A DNA stretch of 32,000 nucleotides from Nonlabens ponticola (lineage in GTDB: Bacteria; Bacteroidota; Bacteroidia; Flavobacteriales; Flavobacteriaceae). Shown here piece after piece: positions 1 to 9,424 of the stretch. The stretch lies in NCBI RefSeq assembly GCF_003966335.1, contig NZ_CP034549.1, positions 450,001-482,000 on the forward strand, written 5' to 3'. The translations under genes and the position numbers were made by a program. The notes beneath the pieces were generated by a model. That model worked only from the letters and a program-made list of their open reading frames with translations, made no database searches and was not told where the DNA came from. Numbering within the stretch: position 1 is the first letter of the stretch; each line of letters opens with the position of its first letter.

Positions 1-219
1 TCTCTCAAGTCTATCGCCTGCCAAATAACCGGTCACAAATTAGTAGTATCTGATCATGTGACAGATCGCGTGCAGGAACTATGTTGTAAAAATTGTGGCA
101 TACAAATGACCACAAACATTTATGGTGATATTGTACCACTTAACGACCGTTATTCAAGAATCAATCACAGTCTGCGACAGATAGCATCGCATAAAAAAGC
201 ATTGAAGATCGCTGGATAA
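1..219 (+). CDS. Hypothetical protein, C-terminal fragment (5' end outside window)
   Basis: Frame 1 is open from base 1 to TAA at 217-219 (SLKSIACQITGHKLVV...CCKNCGIQMT...KKALKIAG*). It contains a CCxxC motif. No family recognised. It converges on thiL with a 2-nt gap. Confidence 0.35.
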   Translation, partial: SLKSIACQITGHKLVVSDHVTDRVQELCCKNCGIQMTTNIYGDIVPLNDRYSRINHSLRQIASHKKALKIAG

Positions 220-221
220 TT

Positions 222-1268
222 TTACTCTGATTCAAAGCTGTTCCAACCCATGGCCTTTACTGCTATCTGCTCGCCACCACGAGTTATTAGATGTATGCCT
301 TCTCCTTCTGGAACCACGTGTCCTATTATTGACAAACTAGGATTTGCTTTGATTTTAGGAAAATCTTCTTGCTTTACGGTAAATAACAACTCATAATCCT
401 CACCACCACTCAATGCTACCGTGGTACTGTCCAGATTAAATTCCTCGCAGGCAGATATAACTGTAGGATCCAGCGGTATTTTATCCTCGTAAACCTTCAT
501 TCCTACCTTACTGTTTTTGCACAGGTGGATTATTTCACTACTCAAACCATCAGATAAATCAATCATGCTGGTAGGCTTGACTTCTAGATCTTCTAATAAC
601 TTAGGAATATCCTTGCGCGCCTCTGGTTTCAGCTGTCGTTCTATTAAATAGCTATAAGCCTCAATATCTGGCTGGTTATTAGGATTTGCCTTAAAAACCT
701 GTTTTTCTCTTTCAAGGATCTGCAACCCTAGGTATGCTGCACCTATGTCGCCGCTCACAACCAATAAATCACCATCGCTGGCGCCGTTACGGTAAACAAT
801 CTCTTTTTCTTTTTGCTCACCTATTGCCGTGATGGAAATAATTAAACCACTATTACTTGACGTGGTGTCGCCACCTATTAGATCGACTTGATAATTTTTG
901 CAGGCTAATTGTATACCGTCATACAATTCATCCAGCGCCTCGACAGGAAAACGGCTGGAAACTGCGATGCTCACAGTTACTTGGGATGCCACGGCATTCA
1001 TCGCATACACATCTGATAGATTGACCATGACCGCCTTGTAACCTAAATGTTTGAGCGGCACATAACTCAAATCAAAATGCACGCCTTCCACCAGCATATC
1101 GGTTGTGATGACTGTTTGTTTCTCATGATGTATCACAGCGGCGTCATCGCCTATAGCTTTGACCGTACTTGCCTGACCTATCTCAAAGTTTCTTGTGAGA
1201 TGATCAATCAAACCAAATTCACCTAATTGCTCTATCGGCGTGCGCTGCGGGTTTTTGTCTTCTATCAT
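222..1268 (-). CDS. thiL: Thiamine-monophosphate kinase (AIR synthase-related fold)
   Basis: 348 aa. N-terminus GEFGLIDHL...IGDDAAV...TTDMLVEGVHF...LGYKAVMVNLSDVYAMNA is typical of ThiL. Confidence 0.85.
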   Translation of the reverse strand: MIEDKNPQRTPIEQLGEFGLIDHLTRNFEIGQASTVKAIGDDAAVIHHEKQTVITTDMLVEGVHFDLSYVPLKHLGYKAVMVNLSDVYAMNAVASQVTVSIAVSSRFPVEALDELYDGIQLACKNYQVDLIGGDTTSSNSGLIISITAIGEQKEKEIVYRNGASDGDLLVVSGDIGAAYLGLQILEREKQVFKANPNNQPDIEAYSYLIERQLKPEARKDIPKLLEDLEVKPTSMIDLSDGLSSEIIHLCKNSKVGMKVYEDKIPLDPTVISACEEFNLDSTTVALSGGEDYELLFTVKQEDFPKIKANPSLSIIGHVVPEGEGIHLITRGGEQIAVKAMGWNSFESE

Positions 1269-1272
1269 GATG

Positions 1273-1280
1273 CAAAGCTA
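1273..1280 (-). promoter_or_regulatory. Candidate Bacteroidota -7 box (TAGCTTTG) for thiL
   Basis: The reverse complement reads TAGCTTTG, matching TAnnTTTG, 4 nt upstream of the thiL ATG. No clear -33 TTG. Confidence 0.3.
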
Positions 1281-1402
1281 CAATTATGATTCATAAAGCT
1301 GTAAAATTTAGACCCATTATACGACTGGAAAAGCTATAAGAAATGTACATACAAGCATGTGAGAAACTCATGTAAATGCGCCTTAAGCCGCGGTGTGTAT
1401 TG

Positions 1403-1410
1403 TATCTTTG
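1403..1410 (+). promoter_or_regulatory. Candidate -7 box (TATCTTTG) for the suf operon
   Basis: TATCTTTG matches TAnnTTTG and lies 28 nt upstream of the ATG at 1439. No convincing -33 TTG. Confidence 0.3.
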
Positions 1411-1438
1411 CACACATTTATTTAACGATAAAAGCATT

Positions 1439-1768
1439 ATGATAAACGTATCTGAAACAGCAAAAACAAGACTAAGCTCATTAATGAGCGAGGAAGGTTT
1501 TTCCATTGACAAAGACTACGTGCGCGTAGGCGTCAAGAGCGGTGGTTGTAGCGGTTTGTCCTATGATTTGAGTTTTGACAAGAATAGCGTCGAGACCGAC
1601 AAAGTCTTTGAAGCAAATGATGTACGCATCGTGGTGGACAAGCGCAGTTTTCTATACCTAGTAGGCACGACCCTAGAATTTAGCGGTGGTCTCAACGGCA
1701 AGGGATTTGTATTCAATAATCCTAATGCACAAAGAACCTGCGGTTGTGGTGAGAGTTTTTCCTTGTAG
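1439..1768 (+). CDS. sufA: Iron-sulfur cluster assembly accessory protein (HesB/IscA/SufA family)
   Basis: Internal ATG of ORF 1376..1768 gives a 109-aa protein (MINVSETAKTRL...). The C-terminal CGCGESF motif and GGCSG are typical of A-type carriers. It sits first in the suf cluster. Confidence 0.85.
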   Translation: MINVSETAKTRLSSLMSEEGFSIDKDYVRVGVKSGGCSGLSYDLSFDKNSVETDKVFEANDVRIVVDKRSFLYLVGTTLEFSGGLNGKGFVFNNPNAQRTCGCGESFSL

Positions 1769-1783
1769 AGAGGTTTTGTGTGA

Positions 1784-1805
1784 TTACGCTTTCGCGAAAG
1801 CGTAA
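1784..1805. repeat. Iterated palindrome copy 1 (perfect 22 bp TTACGCTTTCGCGAAAGCGTAA)
   Basis: Read directly. It lies in the sufA-sufB spacer and has no T-tract after it. Confidence 0.95.
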
Positions 1806-1932
1806 CTAAAGAAAACAGATGAACAGTAATACCTACACTGAGAATAATCAAAGTGAAGGAACAAAATTTAAACGGTAAGACAAACACTGCCAAAAGCGTT
1901 GAACTTGAAACCGTTAACATTGAACTAAGAAA

Positions 1933-3381
1933 ATGGCAAAATATACTGAAGAACAATTAGAAAAGGAACTCGAGAATAAGGAGTACGAGTATGGTTTTTA
2001 TACTGATATTGAGTCAGATACCATTCCTGTAGGTCTTAGCGAGGACGTTGTGCGCATGATCAGTGCCAAAAAGAACGAGCCGCAATGGATGACAGAATGG
2101 AGACTAGAAGCCTACCGCCATTTTGTATCGCTGCACGAGCCAGATTGGGCAAACGTCGCTTATGATAAGCCAGATCTACAAGCCATATCATACTACAGCG
2201 CGCCCAGTAATAAGCCCAAGTATGAAAGCCTAGATGAAGTTGATCCAGAGTTGTTGGAAACATTCAAGAAGTTGGGAATTAGCATTGACGAACAAAAGAA
2301 ACTTGCTGGCGTTGCCGTTGATATCGTAATGGACTCAGTATCTGTAGCGACGACCTTTAAAAAGACGCTAGCCGAAAAAGGCATTATTTTCTGTTCTATT
2401 TCTGAGGCTATTCAAGAGCATCCAGAACTCGTCAAGAAATATCTAGGAACGGTTATACCACAACAAGATAACTACTATGCGACGTTAAATGCTGCCGTAT
2501 TTTCTGATGGATCATTTTGCTACATTCCTAAAGGTGTGCGCTGTCCAATGGAATTGAGCACGTACTTCCGTATCAATCAGGCAGGAACCGGACAGTTTGA
2601 AAGAACGCTGGTAGTTGCAGATGAAGGTAGTTATGTAAGTTATCTAGAAGGTTGTACCGCACCATCTCGAGATGAGAATCAATTACACGCAGCATGTGTA
2701 GAACTTATCGCTCTCGATGGCGCAGAAATCAAATATAGTACGGTTCAAAACTGGTACCCAGGAAATGCCGAAGGTAAAGGTGGTGTTTTCAATTTTGTAA
2801 CTAAGCGTGGAATTTGCGAGAAAAACGCAAAAATCTCATGGACACAAGTTGAGACCGGTAGCGCGATTACCTGGAAATACCCTAGTTGTATTCTCAAAGG
2901 CGACAACAGCGTTGGTGAATTTTATTCGATTGCGGTAACTAACAATTTCCAGCAAGCAGATACAGGAACTAAGATGGTTCACTTAGGTAAGAATACTAAG
3001 TCCACTATCATCTCAAAAGGTATCAGCGCCGGTAAATCTCAAAACTCCTATCGTGGCCTTGTAAAAATAGGTAGCCGTGCAACAGGTGCACGTAACTTTT
3101 CACAATGTGACAGTTTGCTCATGGGTAATGAATGTGGTGCACACACGTTCCCATACATCGAGACTGGTAACAGCAGCAGCGTTGTTGAGCATGAAGCGAC
3201 CACGAGTAAAATAGGTGAAGATCAGATCTTTTACTGTAATCAACGCGGTATCGATACCGAAAAGGCCATTGCGCTTATCGTAAATGGTTTTTCAAAAGAG
3301 GTACTCAATAAATTACCGATGGAATTTGCCGTAGAGGCTCAAAAACTTCTAGAAATAAGTCTAGAAGGATCAGTAGGATAG
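1933..3381 (+). CDS. sufB: Fe-S cluster assembly protein SufB
   Basis: 482 aa with SufB-typical blocks ([46 protein letters not shown]). Confidence 0.95.
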   Translation: MAKYTEEQLEKELENKEYEYGFYTDIESDTIPVGLSEDVVRMISAKKNEPQWMTEWRLEAYRHFVSLHEPDWANVAYDKPDLQAISYYSAPSNKPKYESLDEVDPELLETFKKLGISIDEQKKLAGVAVDIVMDSVSVATTFKKTLAEKGIIFCSISEAIQEHPELVKKYLGTVIPQQDNYYATLNAAVFSDGSFCYIPKGVRCPMELSTYFRINQAGTGQFERTLVVADEGSYVSYLEGCTAPSRDENQLHAACVELIALDGAEIKYSTVQNWYPGNAEGKGGVFNFVTKRGICEKNAKISWTQVETGSAITWKYPSCILKGDNSVGEFYSIAVTNNFQQADTGTKMVHLGKNTKSTIISKGISAGKSQNSYRGLVKIGSRATGARNFSQCDSLLMGNECGAHTFPYIETGNSSSVVEHEATTSKIGEDQIFYCNQRGIDTEKAIALIVNGFSKEVLNKLPMEFAVEAQKLLEISLEGSVG

Positions 3382-3439
3382 AAAAATCAATAAGTCACTG
3401 AGCATAGACGCAGTGAATTTGAAATAATAAATTAACCAA

Positions 3440-4336
3440 ATGAAGAATATCATCTATTTATTAGCCTTGATCCTATCAATGGCTTCCTGTCAAGAATTCA
3501 AAAAAGGATTTGAGGATGGCTACAATGAAAAAACAGCTGAATTAAAAGCAAAGGATAGCCTAGAAAACTTACCAGAAGTAAAACTGCACATCTTTGATGG
3601 TGGTTCCATACTTGCTAAAAAGAAGGTGCTTTTTTCTGAAGGTGATCGATATGAAGGAGAAACGCAAGAGCTTGCCTCACCTTTCTACGTGATACAGCAT
3701 CCAGATGGTGTGTTGCTTTGGGACACTGGCTTACCAGAAGGATTAGTAGGTCAAGGAACCGTTACACCAGATGGAGATGCTTTTGAAATCTCAAGAGAAG
3801 AAAAAATAGAAAGCCAGCTGGCGGCAGTAGGTTTAGATCTAGGTGATGTCGATATGATTGCATTTTCACACGTACACTTTGACCATACGGGCGCCGCAAA
3901 TAATTTTCCAGCAGCGCAATGGCTAGTCCAGCAAACTGAAATGGATTTCATTAACAGTGATGCTATCAAGGGCAATGCTTTTTATGCGCCAGATTCTTTC
4001 AGCCAGTTGGCAGATGCTGAAATTCTTGACGGTGATCATGACGTTTTTGGTGACGGTAGTGTGGTGATCAAATACTATCCTGGTCACACGGCAGGACATC
4101 AGGCACTGTTTTTAAATCTTAAGGAATCTGGACCAGTGATGCTATCAGGAGACACCTATCACTTTGCTCAAAATCGTGAAGACAAGGTAGTACCGCAATT
4201 CAACCACGATATTCCAGAGAGCAAGGAAAGCCTAAAAGCCTTTGAGCAATTTGTAGATGAGACCAAAGCCATGGTCATCATACAACATGATCCGGTAGAT
4301 TTTAAAAACACCCTTGCTAAAACACCGCTCAAATAA
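3440..4336 (+). CDS. MBL-fold metallo-hydrolase, N-acyl-homoserine-lactonase-like, predicted lipoprotein
   Basis: 298 aa. Lipobox-like signal LALILSMASC. HxHxDH motif (SHVHFDHTG), with downstream PGHTAGH and SGDTYH metal-ligand-like motifs. Confidence 0.7.
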   Translation: MKNIIYLLALILSMASCQEFKKGFEDGYNEKTAELKAKDSLENLPEVKLHIFDGGSILAKKKVLFSEGDRYEGETQELASPFYVIQHPDGVLLWDTGLPEGLVGQGTVTPDGDAFEISREEKIESQLAAVGLDLGDVDMIAFSHVHFDHTGAANNFPAAQWLVQQTEMDFINSDAIKGNAFYAPDSFSQLADAEILDGDHDVFGDGSVVIKYYPGHTAGHQALFLNLKESGPVMLSGDTYHFAQNREDKVVPQFNHDIPESKESLKAFEQFVDETKAMVIIQHDPVDFKNTLAKTPLK

Positions 4337-4740
4337 TGAGATACCTATCTATCGTACTTATGGTGATTCTTCTTATTTCATGTAAAAATGAGGATAAAGA
4401 AGAACAATTAGAGCCAGTACAAGTTTCCGGAAACGTTTACCATGGTGAGTTCTTGCATCTTGATGGTCGTGCTTTATTTATGAATGATATGGAGACTTAT
4501 GCGGTCAAGGTTGATTCTACCATGAAAGAACTCGATCAACAGGCAGCACAATTCAAACGTAGCCAATACGATATGGTAGCGATCAAGGTTACTGGCGAAC
4601 TCATAGAAAATCCATTTAGAAAAGAAACAGGTACAGGCTGGGAAAAAATGCTGGTGATAAAAGATATCATCGAGGTACAGCCTGCAAAAACAAAATCGGT
4701 CATGCAAATGCCCGCAACAACAATTGAAGAGAACAACTAG
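4336..4740 (+). CDS. Hypothetical lipoprotein
   Basis: 134 aa with signal and lipobox (VILLISCKNE). TAATG overlap with the upstream MBL gene; its stop lies 2 nt before the sufC ATG. Confidence 0.6.
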   Translation: MRYLSIVLMVILLISCKNEDKEEQLEPVQVSGNVYHGEFLHLDGRALFMNDMETYAVKVDSTMKELDQQAAQFKRSQYDMVAIKVTGELIENPFRKETGTGWEKMLVIKDIIEVQPAKTKSVMQMPATTIEENN

Positions 4741-4742
4741 TT

Positions 4743-5495
4743 ATGTTAAAGATCAAAAATCTACACGCCTCTATCGAGGATAAAGAAATACTTAAAGGAA
4801 TTAACCTAGAAGTGAAGCCTGGTGAGGTTCACGCTATCATGGGACCTAATGGTTCTGGTAAGTCCACACTGGCAAATGTGATCGCTGGCCGTGAGGAATA
4901 TGAAATGACTGATGGTGAGATCTTGCTCAACGATAAGGATTTGACTGATCTTGATCCTGAAGAGCGTGCGCATGAAGGTGTATTCTTGTCGTTTCAGTAT
5001 CCAGTTGAAATCCCTGGTGTGAGCGTGACCAACTTCATGAAAACAGCCATAAACGAGACGCGCAAGGCTCAAGGAAAGGAGGAAATGCCTGCAAAAGACA
5101 TGCTCAAACTCATTCGTGAGAAGTCTGAGTTGCTAGAAATTGATCGTAAGTTCCTTTCTAGATCATTAAACGAAGGTTTTTCAGGTGGTGAGAAGAAGCG
5201 TAACGAGATCTTCCAGATGGCCATGCTAGAACCTAAGCTATCCATTCTTGACGAGACAGATTCTGGTTTGGATATCGACGCATTGCGCATCGTGGCAAAT
5301 GGTGTGAATAAACTGCGCAGCAAGGACAATGCAACAATTGTAATCACGCACTACCAGAGATTACTGGACTACATCGTACCAGATTTTGTACACGTATTGT
5401 ATCAAGGTCGCATCGTCAAATCTGGCGGTAAAGAATTGGCGCACGAGTTGGAAGAACGTGGTTATGACTGGATTAAGGAAGAAGCTGCCGTGTAA
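4743..5495 (+). CDS. sufC: Fe-S cluster assembly ATPase SufC
   Basis: 250 aa. Walker A GPNGSGKST, signature-like FSGGEKKRNEI, Walker B LSILDETDSGLD. Confidence 0.95.
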   Translation: MLKIKNLHASIEDKEILKGINLEVKPGEVHAIMGPNGSGKSTLANVIAGREEYEMTDGEILLNDKDLTDLDPEERAHEGVFLSFQYPVEIPGVSVTNFMKTAINETRKAQGKEEMPAKDMLKLIREKSELLEIDRKFLSRSLNEGFSGGEKKRNEIFQMAMLEPKLSILDETDSGLDIDALRIVANGVNKLRSKDNATIVITHYQRLLDYIVPDFVHVLYQGRIVKSGGKELAHELEERGYDWIKEEAAV

Positions 5496-5517
5496 ATAGG
5501 TAGTTGATTCTTGATGA

Positions 5518-5539
5518 TTACGCTTTCGCGAAAGCGTAA
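5518..5539. repeat. Iterated palindrome copy 2 (perfect 22 bp TTACGCTTTCGCGAAAGCGTAA)
   Basis: Read directly. It lies in the sufC-sufD spacer and is followed by an A/C-rich tract (CAACCACGAACATCACCACACAAAAC). Confidence 0.95.
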
Positions 5540-5573
5540 CAACCACGAACATCACCACACAAAACATTGATTT

Positions 5574-6887
5574 ATGAGTTTTAAAGACAATATTCTATCT
5601 TCTTTTATGGCCCTTGAAAATGAGGTCGATACAGATAGTTATGTCCACAGCATACGCAACAAGGCGCTGAATGATTTTGAGGAAAAAGGCTTGCCGCTGC
5701 GCAAAGACGAGGCTTACAAGTACACTTCTTTGAAGAAGGTTTTCAGCCAGGATTACACGCTGTTTCCTAAAAAAGAAGCAGGTATTGCATATCCTGAGAT
5801 CAAGAAGTACTTGATCCATCAAATTGATGCCTATCGCATCATTTTTATTGATGGTATCTACAGCTCGCACTTGTCTCAAACCACGCACGACAAATTTGAT
5901 GCTTGTTTGATGTCCAGCACATTGAGTAATCCCAAATATGCGAGCGTCATCGAGAATTATTATAACAAACTGGCAGGCGATGATAGCCTGACTTCTTTGA
6001 ATACAGCTTTTGCACGTGAAGGTGCTTACATTCACATAGGCGAGAATATTCAGGTTGAAAAACCTATTGAAATCGTCTATTTCTCGACGGGCAACGAGAG
6101 CGCACTTATGGTGCAGCCTCGTAACCTAGTGGTTGTTGGTAAAAACTCTCATGTTCAAATTATCGAGCGTCATCAAAGCTTGAGCGAGAATCCTGTACTG
6201 ACTAATGCAGTAACAGAGATCTATGCCGACCAACGTGCCAATCTAGACTATTACAAGATTCAAAACGATGTGGACACGGCATCATTGATTGATCACACGA
6301 GTGTGGAGCAGCAGTCAGATAGTGAGGTGCGCTTGCACACGTTCTCTTTTGGCGGTGCATTGACACGTAATAATCTGAACTTTTACCAGCGAGGTGAACA
6401 TTGTAATTCTTTGCTTAATGGTGTGACTATCATTGAAGGAAAGCAACATGTGGATCACTCAACTCTAGTACATCATACGCAGCCTAATTGTGAGAGTTAC
6501 CAGCAGTACAAACAAATTTTTGATGACAGATCAGTTGGTGTATTCAATGGTAAGGTTCTCGTGGACAAGATTGCGCAAAAAATCAACGCTTTCCAGCAGA
6601 ATAACAATATTCTAGTGAGCGATAAAGCGACGATCAACGCAAAGCCTCAACTAGAGATTTTTGCAGATGATGTGCGTTGTTCACACGGTTGTACCATAGG
6701 TCAGCTGGATGAAGATGCGCTATTCTACATGCAATCGCGTGGTATTGGTAAAAAAGAGGCACGAGCGCTGCTTATGTTTGCTTTTGCCAACTCAGTTCTT
6801 GAAAGCGTCAAGATTCCAGAAATCAAATCACGCATCACAAAACTGATCGCGATGAAATTACAAGTCGACATAGGTTTTGACCTATAG
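5574..6887 (+). CDS. sufD: Fe-S cluster assembly protein SufD
   Basis: 437 aa. The C-terminal half is SufD-like (HHTQPNCESYQ, PQLEIFADDVRCSHGCTIGQLDEDALFYMQSRGI). Confidence 0.9.
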   Translation: MSFKDNILSSFMALENEVDTDSYVHSIRNKALNDFEEKGLPLRKDEAYKYTSLKKVFSQDYTLFPKKEAGIAYPEIKKYLIHQIDAYRIIFIDGIYSSHLSQTTHDKFDACLMSSTLSNPKYASVIENYYNKLAGDDSLTSLNTAFAREGAYIHIGENIQVEKPIEIVYFSTGNESALMVQPRNLVVVGKNSHVQIIERHQSLSENPVLTNAVTEIYADQRANLDYYKIQNDVDTASLIDHTSVEQQSDSEVRLHTFSFGGALTRNNLNFYQRGEHCNSLLNGVTIIEGKQHVDHSTLVHHTQPNCESYQQYKQIFDDRSVGVFNGKVLVDKIAQKINAFQQNNNILVSDKATINAKPQLEIFADDVRCSHGCTIGQLDEDALFYMQSRGIGKKEARALLMFAFANSVLESVKIPEIKSRITKLIAMKLQVDIGFDL

Positions 6888-6908
6888 CATTTGAGATTAT
6901 AAAAACTG

Positions 6909-6940
6909 AAGCCCAATCTGTCGATTGGGCTTTTTTATTT
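6909..6940 (+). terminator. Rho-independent terminator after sufD
   Basis: 10-bp stem AAGCCCAATC / GATTGGGCTT, loop TGTC, then TTTTTTATTT. Confidence 0.75.
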
Positions 6941-6962
6941 TCTAGATAAGCCGCTTAGAGTA

Positions 6963-6991
6963 TTGCAGTTGGCGCCTACATCGTACCTTTG
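6963..6991 (+). promoter_or_regulatory. Candidate -33/-7 promoter for sufS
   Basis: TTG at 6963-6965 and TACCTTTG (TAnnTTTG) at 6984-6991, with an 18-nt spacer. The box ends 4 nt before the ATG at 6996. Confidence 0.4.
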
Positions 6992-6995
6992 TACC

Positions 6996-8210
6996 ATGCT
7001 AGATATCCATAAAATACGAGCTGATTTTCCCATACTCAACCGTGAGGTAAATGGTCATCCTCTGGTTTATTTTGACAATGCTGCGACCTCTCAAAAACCG
7101 CAACAAGTCATTGACAAAATCACAGAGTATTACACGCTTTACAATGCAAATATTCACCGTGGTGTTCATGCTTTAAGTCAGGAAGCAACAGATCTATTTG
7201 AAGCATCACGTGAGAAGTGCCGTGCCTTTTTCAATATTCCAGAAGCACGTCAATGCATATTTACCTCAGGCAATACGCACAGCATCAACGCAGTTGCTAG
7301 CGGTGCTCATGTTTTTGTCAAAAAAGATGATGAAGTTATCGTCAGTGCCGTAGAACATCATTCCAATATAGTACCATGGCAAATGCTATGTGAACGAGTT
7401 GGAGCGCAGCTTAAAGTGATACCTGTATTGGATAACGGCAAGCTAGATATGGATGCTTACCATGACCTACTTAATGACAAGACAGCCTTCGTGGTGGTGA
7501 ATCATATTTCAAATGCTTTAGGCGTTACGAACCCTGTAAAGGAGATCATCGATGCAGCCCATGAAGTGAACGCAAAAGTCCTTGTTGACGGCGCACAATC
7601 CTGCGGACACATGAAAGTAGATGTTCAGGCGCTGGATGTGGATTTTTACACCATGGCTGGTCATAAAATGTGTGGTCCAACAGGCATAGGTCTTCTATAC
7701 GGTAAAGAAGATGCGCTTAACGAACTGCCACCATATCAAGGTGGTGGCGAGATGATTGACCAAGTAACCTTTGAGGCAACAACTTACGCAGGCTTACCTC
7801 ACAAATTTGAGGCAGGAACACCAAATATTGCTGGTGGTATCGCATTGGGTGCTGCCGTTGATTACCTCAACGAGGTAGGTATGGAAAACATCGCCAGCTA
7901 TGAGAACGAGCTTTTAGAATACGGTACAGAACAATTGAAAAAAATCGATGGACTGCAGATCTATGGCGATGTTAAAGAAAAGGCTGCTGTCATCAGTTTT
8001 AACGTGGCGCAGATTCATCCTTATGACATAGGTACCATCGTCGACAAACTTGGAATAGCCGTGCGCACAGGTCATCATTGTGCACAACCAGTGATGGATC
8101 GCTATCAAATAGCAGGAACTATACGTGCGAGTTTTGCTTTCTATAATACCAAAGAGGAAATCGACATCATGGTACAGGCTTTGCAACGTGCTGTAATGAT
8201 GTTATCTTAA
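6996..8210 (+). CDS. sufS: Cysteine desulfurase SufS (class V aminotransferase)
   Basis: Taken from the ATG at 6996 (MLDIHKIRADFPIL); the track ORF starts earlier at a TTG. PLP-lysine region GHKMCGPTGIG and catalytic-Cys region RTGHHCAQP. Confidence 0.93.
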   Translation: MLDIHKIRADFPILNREVNGHPLVYFDNAATSQKPQQVIDKITEYYTLYNANIHRGVHALSQEATDLFEASREKCRAFFNIPEARQCIFTSGNTHSINAVASGAHVFVKKDDEVIVSAVEHHSNIVPWQMLCERVGAQLKVIPVLDNGKLDMDAYHDLLNDKTAFVVVNHISNALGVTNPVKEIIDAAHEVNAKVLVDGAQSCGHMKVDVQALDVDFYTMAGHKMCGPTGIGLLYGKEDALNELPPYQGGGEMIDQVTFEATTYAGLPHKFEAGTPNIAGGIALGAAVDYLNEVGMENIASYENELLEYGTEQLKKIDGLQIYGDVKEKAAVISFNVAQIHPYDIGTIVDKLGIAVRTGHHCAQPVMDRYQIAGTIRASFAFYNTKEEIDIMVQALQRAVMMLS

Positions 8211-8225
8211 ACCAAATCATTCATT

Positions 8226-8996
8226 ATGATCAAGTTTGTTAGCTTATTATCCGTTCTTGCGATCTTATTGCAAACCAATTCTTGTCAAGATCAGCAGGAT
8301 GCTGCTCAAAGTAATATCGTTGATAATTCCACAAGTATGAGTGTTGAACAAATGGAACCATCAGGATTTTATGATGTAGTCAGTATTTACGATAATGACT
8401 ATTCGCAATTAGATCTTAATATGCACTTTGAGGGCAATCGCCTTTCGGGTTATGCGGGTTGCAACAGTTATTCAACTACCATTAATTATGATGATGGCTT
8501 TTCATCAGGTCCAGTAATGGCGACAAAACGCTATTGCGATAAGGCAGATTATGAAACGCAGTTTTTTCAAGCACTGAGCGAGACTTCATATTTGACCTCA
8601 ACAAATGACGATCAACTTACCTTACACAACAGCGATGGTAAAGTGATAATGAAAGCTGTCAAGCCTAAATTGATAGGCAGTTATACTATTTCTAAAGTTA
8701 AAAGCAACGATCTTGAAGAAGCAGGTCTAACAATGAATATTTCTAAGGAAGATAACTACATTATCACAGGAAGCTCAGGCTGTAATAGATACAACGGCTC
8801 ATTTGATTTATTGCCAGATGGTATTGACATGGGAATCATTGCTTCTACCGAAATGGCTTGTACCGACAATCAGGAAATTGAAAAAGAGTTTATTACGGCT
8901 CTTTATGAGATCACAGGTCACAAGTTCACCACAAACGGTCTTCTATTCACAGACATGCAAGGCAACGAGATCATCACATTAAAGAGATCTAACTAA
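8226..8996 (+). CDS. META domain-containing lipoprotein (two META/HslJ-like repeats)
   Basis: 256 aa. Signal ending LQTNSC. Two GCNxY-type motifs (GYAGCNSYS, GSSGCNRYNGSF). Confidence 0.65.
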   Translation: MIKFVSLLSVLAILLQTNSCQDQQDAAQSNIVDNSTSMSVEQMEPSGFYDVVSIYDNDYSQLDLNMHFEGNRLSGYAGCNSYSTTINYDDGFSSGPVMATKRYCDKADYETQFFQALSETSYLTSTNDDQLTLHNSDGKVIMKAVKPKLIGSYTISKVKSNDLEEAGLTMNISKEDNYIITGSSGCNRYNGSFDLLPDGIDMGIIASTEMACTDNQEIEKEFITALYEITGHKFTTNGLLFTDMQGNEIITLKRSN

Positions 8997-9422
8997 ATGG
9001 CACAGATTAAAGAAATACAAGAAGAAATCGTTGACGAGTTCGCCATGTTTGACGACTGGATGCAACGCTATGAATACATGATAGATCTAGGCAAAAGCCT
9101 ACCAGTTATTAAGGAAGAGTACAAAGACGACGATCACATTATTAAAGGCTGCCAGTCTAAAGTCTGGGTACATGCAGATCTAGATCAGGATAAAGTTATC
9201 TTTACCGCAGACAGCGATGCGATTATAACCAAAGGTATCATTGCCATATTAATAAGAGCATGGTCAGGTCAAAAACCAGCCGATATCATTGAGGCAGACA
9301 CAGGTTTCATAGACGAGATAGGCTTGAAAGAACACCTATCACCTACTCGAGCAAACGGCCTGGTATCCATGATCAAACAGCTCAAAATGTATGCACTGGC
9401 ATACCAATCACAACTCAACTAG
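8997..9422 (+). CDS. sufE: SufE family sulfur acceptor protein
   Basis: 141 aa with IKGCQSKVWV active-site Cys context. The ATG directly abuts the upstream stop codon. Confidence 0.9.
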   Translation: MAQIKEIQEEIVDEFAMFDDWMQRYEYMIDLGKSLPVIKEEYKDDDHIIKGCQSKVWVHADLDQDKVIFTADSDAIITKGIIAILIRAWSGQKPADIIEADTGFIDEIGLKEHLSPTRANGLVSMIKQLKMYALAYQSQLN

Positions 9423-9424
9423 TT

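Noticed and set aside
1356-1372. TGAG-AAA-CTCA dyad upstream of the suf -7 box as a Fur/IscR-type operator
   Set aside because: The arms are only 4 bp long, and it does not resemble any operator consensus I can recall with confidence.
1291-1956. Track ORFs 1291..1512(-) and 1561..1956(-) around sufA and the sufA-sufB spacer
   Set aside because: They lie antisense to or overlap a well-supported gene. They have hydrophobic or low-complexity composition and no recognisable motifs. The second simply reads through the palindrome in its third frame (TLSRKRNH).
3395-3416. Weak hairpin TCACTG-N10-CAGTGA after sufB as a terminator
   Set aside because: It has a 6-bp stem, a 10-nt loop and no T-run. 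The downstream genes are tightly packed with sufC.
5361-5567. ORF 5361..5567(-), containing VTLSRKRNH
   Set aside because: It is antisense to the sufC 3' end and reads through palindrome copy 2. The same artefactual LSRKR(N/K) peptide recurs wherever the palindrome is translated in that frame (also 9851..10054 +).
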